A stretch of DNA of 36,886 nucleotides from positions 1-36,886 of the forward strand of contig JANQJX010000244.1 of assembly GCA_028281425.1 (NCBI GenBank), given 5' to 3'. The position numbers and the translations under genes were made by a program. Shown here piece by piece: positions 9,505-18,644 of this stretch (positions are counted from its first letter, which is position 1; each line of letters starts with the position of its first letter). Source of the stretch: Simkania sp. Its GTDB lineage: Bacteria > Chlamydiota > Chlamydiia > Chlamydiales > Simkaniaceae. The notes under the pieces are model-generated. The model saw only the letters and a program-made list of their open reading frames with translations. It had not been told where the DNA came from and did no database searches.

Positions 9505-10503
9505 ATGAAAAGATATTGTTCCTATTTTTTATCTCTTTTTTCACTTGTTGTTATGGGATGTCATTCTAGTCGAGATGAAGACAGTCAAGTGATTTCCAAA
9601 CGCTATATTCATAAATATGGATATGATGTGTCAAAAAAAGAATGGGAATCGGCGAATTACCCAGGTCAAGTCATTTCAACAATGCACAATGGTGTGACCC
9701 TTTCGGTCTCTTACGAAAATGGAATTTTACATGGACCCATGACAGCAACTTACCCCCATTCTCAAACAATTGAATCTTTAAGCATCTATGAAAAGGGGAA
9801 TTTAATCAAAAAAAAGATCTATGATATTCGAGGAACCCCCAAAGAAGAAACAGAATTTCTCTCTCCTTCTCATATCAAAATCTTTCGATGGTTTTTTTCT
9901 GGCACTCCCTTGAGTATCGAAGAATATCACAATAGCGAACTGCTTGAAGGGGAATATTACAATAAGAAAAATGAACTGGAAGCGCGAGTGATCAAGGGGA
10001 AAGGAATGCGTATTACCCGCAATCAGCGAGAAGAAATCGTTGCAAAAGAGACCATTGAAAATGGATATCCCATCTTATCTGAAACATTTCACTCCCATGG
10101 TATTCCTCATACAGTTACACCTCTTTTAGGAGGTCAAATTCATGGTGAAAAAAAAGTTTTTGCCCCTACAGGAGAACCTATTTCTGTCGAAACCTATGAA
10201 AAAAACGTCTTGAGTGGGCTTGCTTATTATTACCAAAATGGTTGTCTCTATCTCGAAGTGAATTATAAAGAGGGTAAAAAGCATGGTTTAGAAAAACATT
10301 ACGTTGACGGGGAAACTATCATTGAAAAAATCAACTGGTATGAAGGTAAAAAACACGGCCCTTCTACTCTCTACTTTGATGATATGTCAAAGGTCAGCTG
10401 GTATTATAATAATAAAGCTGTGACTAAAGATCGCTATCGTCAGCTCATTCAACAAGAAGAAAATATTGCGATTATGAATGATCGTGCAAACGGGCTTAAT
10501 TAA
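9505..10503 (+). CDS. Lipoprotein with MORN-variant (YwqK-type) repeats
   Basis: Lipobox-like signal LFSLVVMGC. Repeated motifs: YENGILHGPMT, YEKGNLIKKKIY, YYQNGCLYLEVNYKEGKKHGLEKHY, WYEGKKHGPSTLYF. Confidence 0.7.
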   Translation: MKRYCSYFLSLFSLVVMGCHSSRDEDSQVISKRYIHKYGYDVSKKEWESANYPGQVISTMHNGVTLSVSYENGILHGPMTATYPHSQTIESLSIYEKGNLIKKKIYDIRGTPKEETEFLSPSHIKIFRWFFSGTPLSIEEYHNSELLEGEYYNKKNELEARVIKGKGMRITRNQREEIVAKETIENGYPILSETFHSHGIPHTVTPLLGGQIHGEKKVFAPTGEPISVETYEKNVLSGLAYYYQNGCLYLEVNYKEGKKHGLEKHYVDGETIIEKINWYEGKKHGPSTLYFDDMSKVSWYYNNKAVTKDRYRQLIQQEENIAIMNDRANGLN

Positions 10504-10933
10504 GTTTCCAAAGAAAGTAGTCAAAGCTGCTTAAAACACCCTTGAGTTTGACAAGGGAATAGTCACCCTCAACAAATCGTCTTATTGCTTCTAATGTGCT
10601 AAGGGAGAGGTGTCTCCAGATAGGGTTTATTTTAAAATAAGCATAAAATCGGAGAAATCACCTACTTTTCGATGAACTTCTTGATCCATCGACTTATTTC
10701 GTTTTTATAACATAATTTTTGCTTCAGATCGCAATAGGCCTACATTTTAAGAATTCGCCTGAACCTGTAGATTTTTATCTCTTACAAAGCCTTTAAAGCT
10801 TAACAATTTATCATCATCTTGAACAAGATCGACTGTGAAAACCTTTGATAAAGAGCATGCTTTTTGCATATGAATAAAATAGGTGGTCAAAAGGATACTA
10901 TCACCTCCTTTATGGAGAAGTTACTGCAAAAAA

Positions 10934-11035
10934 GGATTTTCCAGTTCAAGGCAGGCCCTTAAAAGAGCTATTTTGGAATATTCGAGATAACAGATATTTC
11001 ACACTTTCAAAGATGACTTTTGAGACATAAGGGTT
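10934..11035 (+). repeat. Degenerate remnant: 25-nt family-B terminus fused to a decayed family-A right half
   Basis: GGATTTTCCAGTTCAAGGCAGGCCC (10934-10958) matches a B terminus. It is followed by TTAAAAGAGCTATTTTGG...GAGACATAAGGGTTA, which parallels A (CTAAAAGAATTTATTGG...GCGAAATGCGGGTTA). Confidence 0.5.
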
Positions 11036-11157
11036 AAAGATTGGATTCCAAATCAAAAGAGGAAAAAAATGGCAGCAAGATAATAGGTATAGAAGTTTTA
11101 TTTTAAAAGACTTAAGAGAGGAAGGTCTAAATCGCCTTATCACCTGTGTGAGGGAAA

Positions 11158-11334
11158 ATGAACCAAGATCAACTAAAGAAAAAAATTGCAAAGCTTGAAT
11201 CTTTATGCGATCAATTACAAGCTGAAATGAATTATTTAGATAAGTTGTTGATCGAAGTGGGTTTTGAAGAAGGACTTAAAACCCTAAAAGCAGCAGCAAT
11301 TGAGCTCATCGAGAAAAAAAATCAATTAGAATAG
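11158..11334 (+). CDS. Small (58 aa) predicted coiled-coil protein, hypothetical
   Basis: Below the ORF-track cutoff. Translation is MNQDQLKKKIAKLESLCDQLQAEMNYLDKLLIEVGFEEGLKTLKAAAIELIEKKNQLE, with heptad-like spacing. A purine-rich AGGGAAA lies immediately upstream. There is no homology evidence. Confidence 0.3.
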   Translation: MNQDQLKKKIAKLESLCDQLQAEMNYLDKLLIEVGFEEGLKTLKAAAIELIEKKNQLE

Positions 11335-11432
11335 CTAAAAGGAATGCCTTAAACTAAAAAACTTTTCGGATCAACTGAGATTTTTTTAAAAGTGGTAAGA
11401 TAGGGGCTAGGGAATACTCATGGATTTAAATT

Positions 11433-12398
11433 TCAAGAATTGAATTTAAGTTTTTCATTAAAAGAAAGTTTTCGATAAGGCTTTGGTTTCGCTTCAATTG
11501 CTATTTCTCTTCGTCTAGGTGTTTGCAAACAAGAGGACGAGCAGCAGCCAAGAAACTTTTTTGTGCAATCCAAGCAACTAAGAAAAAGGTCATTACAGTC
11601 CATATTTGCACAATTATAAATAGTACTTGTCTTAGCATTGCAATGATGACATTTTCCAATCGGATCACTTTGACCTTCAGCAACAATAGGAATCACAAGA
11701 CGATCATCAAAGACAAAAAGTTCTCCAAGCCAATGCTCAGATCCTACTTCTACCCCATATTGAATGATACCTCCTTGAAGTTGGTAAACTTCAAGGTACC
11801 CTGCCTCTTTACAAAGGCAAGAATAAAATTCACATCTAATTCCTCCTGTACAAGACATTAAAATGGGTCTTCCTTCTTCTGGGGGATACCTTTTTTTGAT
11901 CTTTTCTAAAAAAAAAGGAAACTCTCTAAATGTTTTACATTCAGGACGTAAGGCTCCTTTAAAGTGTCCAACATCCCATTCGTAATCATTACGCACATCT
12001 AAAATCAAGATTTTATCATCTTTTTTATCAAGCATCTCTTTCCATTGAAGAGGGCTAAGATAGGCTCCTCTTTTAGAATAATCCACATGTTTGTCTAAAG
12101 CAACAAGCTGCTTGCGATATTTCACCGTTTTCTTGGGAAAGACATGTTCGTGATAAAGATGGGTTTTAATATCACTTTTTCTAAACGCTTTATTTTGAAA
12201 ATACCATTCAAGGAAAAGAGGAGCATCTTTTTTAAAAACACTCATTTGAGCATTAATCCCTTCTTCATTGATATAAATACGTCCTTGAATATCATGGCTC
12301 TTAAAAAAATCCTTAAAACTTTTGATAAGCTCCTTTGGATTCTCAATAGGATGAATAAGATAAAAAGAAAGAACGAAGTAATTCTGTGTTTTTTGCAT
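11433..12398 (-). CDS. trhO: Rhodanese-domain tRNA uridine(34) hydroxylase (UPF0176/YceA family)
   Basis: N-terminal YceA-like fold (VLSFYLIHPIENP...IQGRIYINEEGINAQMS). A rhodanese domain carries the active-site loop MSCTGGIRCE. The C-terminal tail is Cys-rich. Confidence 0.8.
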   Translation of the reverse strand: MQKTQNYFVLSFYLIHPIENPKELIKSFKDFFKSHDIQGRIYINEEGINAQMSVFKKDAPLFLEWYFQNKAFRKSDIKTHLYHEHVFPKKTVKYRKQLVALDKHVDYSKRGAYLSPLQWKEMLDKKDDKILILDVRNDYEWDVGHFKGALRPECKTFREFPFFLEKIKKRYPPEEGRPILMSCTGGIRCEFYSCLCKEAGYLEVYQLQGGIIQYGVEVGSEHWLGELFVFDDRLVIPIVAEGQSDPIGKCHHCNAKTSTIYNCANMDCNDLFLSCLDCTKKFLGCCSSSCLQTPRRREIAIEAKPKPYRKLSFNEKLKFNS

Positions 12399-12539
12399 AA
12401 GTTTGAGAGTTTATCAGATAAAAAAGCAAAACGTTCATAGTGAGAGTGCTCAAAACCTAGATCATGAGCAATTACACAGTTTAAAGCGGTTGTAGAAATT
12501 TATCTACAATTAAATTTATTTTTTGTTCTCATAACCGTT

Positions 12540-12563
12540 TATACCCTGTATTTTTACGCAAAC
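12540..12563 (+). repeat. Solo family-A left-TIR-like sequence
   Basis: TATACCCTGTATTTTTACGCAAAC resembles the A left TIR (TAGCCCTTATTTTACGCCACC). It lies 42 bp upstream of the full copy at 12582. Confidence 0.4.
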
Positions 12564-12581
12564 TGTAAGAAAAACATGGAC

Positions 12582-12754
12582 TAGCCCTTATTTTACGCCA
12601 CCTCTTTCGAAAAGGCACACACGATTGTTTTTTGAGGCCTAAGAAATTTTCGAATGGATAAGGGTGCAGCTTCACCTAAAAGAATTTATTAGATGTACCA
12701 GCGAAAAAAAGCATGTGGATTTTTCTAAAGTGGGCACGAGAAATGGGGGCCATA
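12582..12754 (+). mobile_element. MITE family A, full copy (173 bp)
   Basis: TAGCCCTTATTTTACGCCACCTCTTTCGAAAAGGCA...CTAAGAAATTTTCGAATGGATAAGGGTGCAGCTTCACCTAAAAGAATTTATTAG...GCATGTGGATTTTTCTAAAGTGGGCACGAGAAATGGGGGCCATA. It lies in the divergent trhO/rpsD spacer. Confidence 0.8.
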
Positions 12755-12868
12755 GCGCAAGCAAGTGATAAACTTAGGCTACGCAACAGACTTTACCCTT
12801 GAGCTAAATGAATCATTTAAATTAAGATAGCAAGTTGAACCTTTTAGGGTGAATTTTAAGGAGATAGA

Positions 12869-13489
12869 ATGTCACGATATACTAGAGCAAAAAATCGCAT
12901 TGCTCGCCGTTTTGGAGTTAATATTTTTGGACGTCTGCGGAATCCTCTCCTACACAAATCAAACCCTCCCGGAATGCACGGAAGTAAACGGAGAAAAAAA
13001 TCAGATTATGGCTTGCAGCTAGAAGAAAAACAAAAGCTCAAAGCTGTTTATGGAATGCTTACAGATAAACAGCTTCTCCGCTCTTATAAAGAAGCTATTG
13101 CTAAAAAAGGAAATACAGCCCATCTCTTATTAGAAAATCTTGAAACTCGCTTAGATAATATCGTGTATAAACTTAAATTTGCTACAACAATTTTTCAAGC
13201 GCATCAACTCGTTTCTCACGGTCATGTTCTCATCGATGGAAAAAAAGTTGACATCCGTTCTTTTCATGTTAAGCCAGAAATGATCATTTCGATTAAGGAA
13301 AAATCTCAGAATATGAAATGCTTCAAAGAGACTTTCTCTAATACTTCGCGAACTGTTCCTGAATATCTGTCACTTGATGAAAAAAAATTCACAGGGCAAC
13401 TTCTTTCTATTCCTCAAGCAGATCAAATTACACTCCCTCTTCCTATTAATATTGCTCTTGTTTGTGAATTTTTAGCTCATACTCATTAA
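12869..13489 (+). CDS. rpsD: 30S ribosomal protein S4
   Basis: Starts MSRYTRAKNRIARRFGVNIFG. An S4 RNA-binding domain is present (LETRLDNIVYKLKFATTIFQAHQLVSHGHVLIDGKKVDIRSF). AAGGAG RBS lies upstream. Confidence 0.95.
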   Translation: MSRYTRAKNRIARRFGVNIFGRLRNPLLHKSNPPGMHGSKRRKKSDYGLQLEEKQKLKAVYGMLTDKQLLRSYKEAIAKKGNTAHLLLENLETRLDNIVYKLKFATTIFQAHQLVSHGHVLIDGKKVDIRSFHVKPEMIISIKEKSQNMKCFKETFSNTSRTVPEYLSLDEKKFTGQLLSIPQADQITLPLPINIALVCEFLAHTH

Positions 13490-13556
13490 AAACATACACT
13501 CTACTAAAGCTTAAGTTTTGGGAAATGTCTTGCATGTTTTACAGTAAATTCAAAAG

Positions 13557-14429
13557 ATGATCGCAAAAGAATCTTTATTTATCGGAGCTCATATGTCTAT
13601 CAGCGGAGGAGTGCATCAAGCGCTTCTGCGAGGGCAAGAAATTGGGGCAACTACCATTCAAATTTTTACCGCTAACCAAAAACGATGGGCATCACGTCCA
13701 ATTTCTGAAAAAGAGATTTTTCTATGGGAAAAAACCTTAAACGAAACTCAAATCAAAAAAGTGATGAGTCATGACAGCTATCTTATCAATTTAGGTTCCC
13801 CTAAAAAAGATGTCGAAGAAAAAAGCCTTAAAGCCTTTGAAGCAGAAATTCAAAGATGCCTGCAGCTCAACCTCAATTTTTTAAACTTCCATCCAGGAGC
13901 TGCAACTGGAGATACAGAAGAAAGCTGTCTCAACCGTATCAGTGCAAATTTGATAAAAATGGTACCTCTATTTGAAAAAAACCATTCTCTTAAGCTCTTA
14001 ATTGAAACAACAGCTGGACAAGGAACAACTATCGGATATCGATTCGAGCATCTTGCTTACATTATAGGAAAAGTCCATGGCATTCTTCCTATTGGAGTGT
14101 GTCTTGATACATGCCATATTTTTGCAGCAGGCTATGATATTTGCACTTTAGATGGATGGAATGCAACACTAGATGCATTTGAAAAAATCGTAGGGCTCAA
14201 ACATTTATGTGCTTTACATGTGAATGATTCTAAACAAGCACTTGGATCGAGAAAAGACCGTCATGCTTCTTTGGGAAAAGGAGAAATAGGTTTGGAATCT
14301 TTTCGTTTCATGATGGAGCACCCCAAACTCAAAACAATCCCTAAATATTTGGAAACACCTGATGGAGAAACAATGTGGAAAGATGAAATCGCACTGCTTC
14401 AAAAATTTGCAAAACAAACGTGCGATTAA
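13557..14429 (+). CDS. nfo: Endonuclease IV (AP endonuclease)
   Basis: Motifs IGAHMSISGG, FHPG, LIETTAGQGT, CLDTCHIFAAGYD, LHVNDSK...GSRKDRHASLGKGEIG. The rpsD-nfo adjacency matches chlamydial synteny as I recall it. Confidence 0.9.
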   Translation: MIAKESLFIGAHMSISGGVHQALLRGQEIGATTIQIFTANQKRWASRPISEKEIFLWEKTLNETQIKKVMSHDSYLINLGSPKKDVEEKSLKAFEAEIQRCLQLNLNFLNFHPGAATGDTEESCLNRISANLIKMVPLFEKNHSLKLLIETTAGQGTTIGYRFEHLAYIIGKVHGILPIGVCLDTCHIFAAGYDICTLDGWNATLDAFEKIVGLKHLCALHVNDSKQALGSRKDRHASLGKGEIGLESFRFMMEHPKLKTIPKYLETPDGETMWKDEIALLQKFAKQTCD

Positions 14430-15804
14430 AACTCTTTTTGAAGCAAATGAAGAGGCTATAGAAAACAAAATTGTAACCGTATCTGGTTGGGTACGCACAG
14501 TTCGAAAGAAAAAATCTTTTACATTTATCGAAGTCAATGACGGTTCCTACTTCGAAAATTTGCAGGTGATTGCAGATCATAAGCTGAAAGATTATGAAAG
14601 CATGATCTCTTCTCTTTCAACGGGTGCTTCCCTTTCTATTACTGGAACAATTGCAAAAAGCTTAGGAAAAGGGCAAAAAATTGAGCTCCATGCTGAAAAA
14701 GTGACTCTCTATGGCTTTTGTCCAAACGATTACCCTCTCCAAAAAAAAAGACACTCCTTTGAATTTTTGCGTACTATTGCCCATCTGCGTCCTCGCACCA
14801 ACACGCAAGGAGCTGTAGCTCGCGTACGGAGTCGTCTAACCTACGCAGTTCATAAATTTTTTCAAGAACGGGGCTTTATCCATCTCCAATCCCCAATCAT
14901 TACAGGTTCGGATTGTGAAGGAGCAGGAGAACTTTTTCAAGTCACAACTCTCAACTTAGAAAACCTTCCCCGCAAAGAAGGTAAAATTGACTACAACCAA
15001 GATTTTTTTTCCAAAGAGGCTTATTTGAGTGTTTCTGGACAACTCAATGGAGAAGCCTATGCTCTTGCTTTATCAGATATTTATACCTTTGGCCCCACAT
15101 TTCGCGCTGAAAACTCTCATACGTCTAGACACCTCGCTGAATTTTGGATGATTGAACCCGAAATGGCCTTTACCGATTTAGATGGGATTTGTCTTCTTGC
15201 TCAAGAGTTTCTTACCACCCTCATTCAAGAAGCACTCACCCATTGCTTAAAAGACTTAGAATTTTTTAACCAATTTATTGAAAAAGGACTTATCGAAAGG
15301 CTCGAACATGTCATCAAAACTCCTTTTATTCGCCTTCCCTATTCAGAAGCCATTACGCTTCTTAAAAAATCACAAAGAAAATTCGAATATCCTGTCGAAT
15401 GGGGTCTTGACTTGCAATCAGAACATGAACGTTATCTCAGTGAAGAACATTTTAAAAAACCCTTGATTTTGACCGATTACCCTAAAGAAATTAAAGCCTT
15501 TTATATGCGTGACAATGAAGATGGAAAAACAGTTGCTGCTCTAGATGTTCTTGTTCCAAAAATTGGAGAAATTATTGGGGGAAGTCAAAGAGAAGAACGC
15601 TTGGATATTTTAAAAAGTAAAATTGAAAAGAAAGGACTCAATCCAAATGATTATAAGTGGTATCTTGATCTTAGAAAATTTGCCACAACACCTCATGGAG
15701 GATTTGGGCTCGGATTTGAACGTTTTGTGCAATTTATTACCGGAATTGAAAATATCCGGGATGTTATCCCTTTCCCTAGAATCCCTAATCAATGCGACTT
15801 TTAA
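14362..15804 (+). CDS. asnS: Asparagine--tRNA ligase
   Basis: OB anticodon-binding N-terminus ([25 protein letters not shown]). Class II motifs are present ([41 protein letters not shown]). The start is uncertain: the track ATG at 14362 overlaps nfo by 68 nt, and ATG at 14383 fits N-terminal length better. The TAA stop (15802-15804) is the first 3 nt of a family-A MITE. Confidence 0.9.
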   Translation: MEKQCGKMKSHCFKNLQNKRAIKTLFEANEEAIENKIVTVSGWVRTVRKKKSFTFIEVNDGSYFENLQVIADHKLKDYESMISSLSTGASLSITGTIAKSLGKGQKIELHAEKVTLYGFCPNDYPLQKKRHSFEFLRTIAHLRPRTNTQGAVARVRSRLTYAVHKFFQERGFIHLQSPIITGSDCEGAGELFQVTTLNLENLPRKEGKIDYNQDFFSKEAYLSVSGQLNGEAYALALSDIYTFGPTFRAENSHTSRHLAEFWMIEPEMAFTDLDGICLLAQEFLTTLIQEALTHCLKDLEFFNQFIEKGLIERLEHVIKTPFIRLPYSEAITLLKKSQRKFEYPVEWGLDLQSEHERYLSEEHFKKPLILTDYPKEIKAFYMRDNEDGKTVAALDVLVPKIGEIIGGSQREERLDILKSKIEKKGLNPNDYKWYLDLRKFATTPHGGFGLGFERFVQFITGIENIRDVIPFPRIPNQCDF

Positions 15805-16141
15805 CTCACATTTCTCACCAACTCTTTCGAAAAGGCATGCACGAATATTTTTTGAGACGCCAATAAATCTTCAAAGGAAAGGTTGCAACCTTTCCGAGAT
15901 AATTTATGGGCCTGCCTTGAACTGGAAAGTCATCGTCTAAAGGATCTGTTCTCCTTAGGCTTGACATCAGTCGCATCTCCTTTTGCTCTCAAGGGTATAG
16001 TGAATTTGCACCTTTCACAATTTTCGAAAAAAATCTCAATGAATCGGAACAATTTTTCAGTTCAAGGCAGGCCCTTTATTGAGTGTCTGGAAAAACAGGA
16101 GATACGGATTTTTCTAAAGTGGGCACGCGAAATGTGGGTTA
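15802..16141 (+). mobile_element. MITE family A copy interrupted by a nested family-B MITE
   Basis: TAACTCACATTTCTCACCAACTCTTTCGAAAAGGCATGC...GGTTGCAACCTTTCCGAGATAATTTAT[B]TTTATTGAGTG...GGATTTTTCTAAAGTGGGCACGCGAAATGTGGGTTA. TTAA lies at both flanks. The element fills essentially the whole spacer between the convergent stops of asnS and the 16147 ORF. Confidence 0.85.
15908..16074 (+). mobile_element. MITE family B, reference copy (167 bp)
   Basis: Perfect 17-bp TIR GGGCCTGCCTTGAACTG / CAGTTCAAGGCAGGCCC. A perfect 5-bp direct repeat TTTAT flanks it (15903-15907 and 16075-16079). Confidence 0.9.
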
Positions 16142-16146
16142 ACATG

Positions 16147-17301
16147 TCACCTTGTGTCATGAAACTTCTTTTGACTTAAAGCCATTCCTCCCAACCCAAA
16201 AAACAAGCAAACAAGAGCAATAAGAGACCCTAAATAGGGGATCGATGTCATAAGATAATAGGGAATGAGTGTGAATATAAAAAAAAGAGTTTGATGCTTT
16301 TGAAAATCAAAACGAGAAAAAAGTTGCTTTGCAGCCCAAGTGATTGTCAAGATTTTAGCACTGTAAAAACCAATCATGTTAATTGCAAGCAGAGTAAGAG
16401 CAAAAGGAATTCCTACAATCGTAATGAGAAATATAAAAAATAGTAGAGGAAAGATAATGACAAGAACCAAGCCAGCAAGAAAAGAGTGAAAAGGTCGCTT
16501 TTTTAAAACACTAAGAGCTAATTCAAGCCGTGCATGAAAATAGCGCATGAAAATAAGAGCAATTGCAAGCGTATAAAAAAAATTCATGATCAATCCAGTC
16601 AGCTTTGATCCTATTTTAAAACCTCTTAACACTTTCCCATGAAAGATAGAATAAAAAAAGGAGGGGTGATGGATAATTTCTCCTCTTATTTGAGCCTTTG
16701 AATTGATCACTGCTAATTGATTGCTCCAATACTCAAACTTATCTCCAACATAAGCTTTTGAAGTCAACCGCATCTGAGAGGCACAAACATACAGTTTTTT
16801 TTTGACTCGACTCGAAAAACGCAAGTTTGACGTATACACACGGGCATTATTTCCAACTACACCCCCCAAATCGACATTTCCCCCAACTACAACAACATTA
16901 TACCCCACATCAGCAACTGGAGCTAGTTCAAAGGTTGCACCTATAGCTGTGACATTTCTTCCAACATGTCCTGTGATGATCACTTGTCCTCCTAATATTC
17001 GAACATCTTGAGAAACCGTTCCAGAAATTTCAACGCTTCCCCCTGCAACAAGCACATCCCCGTGGATGACTCCATCAATAAATACTTGCCCCCCTAAAAT
17101 ATAAACATCTCCATTGACTGTACCCAAAATCTCAATCGTTTTGCCATATGCAAAAAAATCTTCATTCACAATCTCTTGGCTTGGCAAAATATGAATTCCA
17201 TCTTTTTCACTTGGGATTTCAAGTGATAAGAGCGCCCATTGAATCCACAAAAAAATTAAGGTAAAAGAGCAAGCTTGTCGCATGAGCTTGCATATCTCCA
17301 T
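16147..17301 (-). CDS. Bactofilin-like (polymer-forming/beta-helix repeat) domain fused to a polytopic membrane domain
   Basis: N-terminal signal/TM segment. About 150 aa of G-x-V-x-G-D/N-V type repeats follow (GTVNGDVYILGGQVFIDGVIHGDVLVAGGSVEISGTVSQDVRILGGQVIITGHVGRNV...). The C-terminal half has about 5 predicted TM helices. The ORF overlaps the hemA 3' end by up to 46 nt. Confidence 0.55.
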   Translation of the reverse strand: MEICKLMRQACSFTLIFLWIQWALLSLEIPSEKDGIHILPSQEIVNEDFFAYGKTIEILGTVNGDVYILGGQVFIDGVIHGDVLVAGGSVEISGTVSQDVRILGGQVIITGHVGRNVTAIGATFELAPVADVGYNVVVVGGNVDLGGVVGNNARVYTSNLRFSSRVKKKLYVCASQMRLTSKAYVGDKFEYWSNQLAVINSKAQIRGEIIHHPSFFYSIFHGKVLRGFKIGSKLTGLIMNFFYTLAIALIFMRYFHARLELALSVLKKRPFHSFLAGLVLVIIFPLLFFIFLITIVGIPFALTLLAINMIGFYSAKILTITWAAKQLFSRFDFQKHQTLFFIFTLIPYYLMTSIPYLGSLIALVCLFFGLGGMALSQKKFHDTR

Positions 17302-18275
17302 TTGGATATTTGTTTTTTGTAAAAAAGGTCCACTTGCTTTTCAATCACATTTTCAATGCGTGTTTCACAAAATTGGATTTTTTTACCTGTCACTTTTTGT
17401 TGACCATTGGCTATTTGACTCAAAGTATGAAGACTAAAAAGATCAATCAAAGGATGATAATGTAAAAGAGGGTCCATATTGCGTGGCATTCCCAGATCAA
17501 AAAGAATAATTTGCTTTTTTAGGTGTTTTAGCTTTCGACATTCCTTTAAAATATACCCATCATGGTAAGTTGCTGCAATCACCACATCAAATTGCATCCA
17601 ACGATCACACATTTCCCAATTATAAATCTTTAAGCTTAAGAATTTTTTATTAGGATTACGTGTTGTCATATAAAGATCATACTCCTTTTTCTTCATAAAA
17701 AAAGAAGCCATCGTGCGATTAATCATCGAATTGCCAACAAATAAAATGGACCTGCTCATTCTCTCTTTTTGCAAACGCTTTAAAATGGTAAAAACTGCAT
17801 CTGGCAATCGAGAATGAGAAGAGAAAACAGTCGTACGCATCTCTTTCCCAATTTTGAGCCCTTTTTGAAATAAATAATGGAGAGAAGAAGAGAGCTTACG
17901 CAAATGACGTGATCTTTCATAAGCCACCTTCACCTGACGTTGGACATCACTCTCTCCAAAAATAAGGCTATCCATGCCACAAATCACACGTCCTAAATGT
18001 AAAAAGCATTCTTGACCAAAATAAGAATAAAAAACTCCTTCAAAGGGTTCATGAATCTTTTCTCGAAGAAGCTGCAAAACTTTAATGTGTGTATCACTAA
18101 GACAAAAAGAAGAAAAATAAAGTTCACTACGATGACAAGTTGAAACTAAAACATAACTTGCTTCTAACTTAGAGTCCGATTGAGAAAATAGATGAGAAAA
18201 AATCTGAGTCATTTTTTCTCGCAAATAAATCAAAGGACAAGAAAACGAATTAATTCCAATAACACCAACTTGCAT
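17256..18275 (-). CDS. hemA: Glutamyl-tRNA reductase (short chlamydial-type)
   Basis: N-terminus MQVGVIGINSFSCPL plus the catalytic-Cys motif VLVSTCHRSELYF (consensus STCNRxEiY). A central NAD-binding-like region ILFVGNSMINR is present. Length is 339 aa. Confidence 0.8.
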   Translation of the reverse strand: MQVGVIGINSFSCPLIYLREKMTQIFSHLFSQSDSKLEASYVLVSTCHRSELYFSSFCLSDTHIKVLQLLREKIHEPFEGVFYSYFGQECFLHLGRVICGMDSLIFGESDVQRQVKVAYERSRHLRKLSSSLHYLFQKGLKIGKEMRTTVFSSHSRLPDAVFTILKRLQKERMSRSILFVGNSMINRTMASFFMKKKEYDLYMTTRNPNKKFLSLKIYNWEMCDRWMQFDVVIAATYHDGYILKECRKLKHLKKQIILFDLGMPRNMDPLLHYHPLIDLFSLHTLSQIANGQQKVTGKKIQFCETRIENVIEKQVDLFYKKQISKWRYASSCDKLALLP

Positions 18276-18644
18276 TTAAAAAAAATTTCTTTTTTTAAAG
18301 GATTTTACACCAATTTCTGTCATTAACTCATCTTATGCAAAAAATGGGATTAACCAAACAGAATTTTTTGGTTCAATTGATTTTTCAAATTCTTTGATTC
18401 GTTGTATCTTCCCCTTTTTGAATAAGGCAAGTTCATGATTGAAATTGGGATTCCCTTGTATTTTTTTTCATTGCTCCCTACTTGGAATTTGATATATCAC
18501 AAAATTTCATATAAATGAAATAGATTCAAAATGCAATGATTTGAGGAATTCAAAACGAGAGATTTCAGATTGCAACGCTCAAAAATACCCAAGCTTACGT
18601 TAAACTCACGTTTTTTTAGTGCGCTGAGGGGATTAGGGTCACAA

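Noticed and set aside
10504-11191. ORF 10946-11191 (-) and several short start-less open frames between the MORN gene and the small coiled-coil ORF.
   Set aside because: ORF 10946-11191 overlaps the degenerate A/B remnant and lies antisense to the better-supported 11158 ORF. The other frames lack starts. They may be pseudogene debris but cannot be identified.
14362-14429. The 68-nt nfo/asnS overlap as a possible programmed frameshift or gene fusion.
   Set aside because: This is more simply an over-extended start call. The ATG at 14383 gives an N-terminal length typical of AsnRS. Both genes have complete, independent motif sets.
15623-16179. Track ORFs 15623-15940 and 15883-16179, with analogous ORFs 20837-21091, 23095-23484 and 34648-34893 running through MITE copies.
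   Set aside because: Several A copies share an open frame (...LKEFIGC.SETEH.DF...). However, other copies carry an in-frame TAA (12648, 22008) or 1-nt indels (1690, 23446). Starts come from the flanking DNA, and substitutions are not biased to third positions. This is more likely a relic of a parental transposase ORF than a gene.
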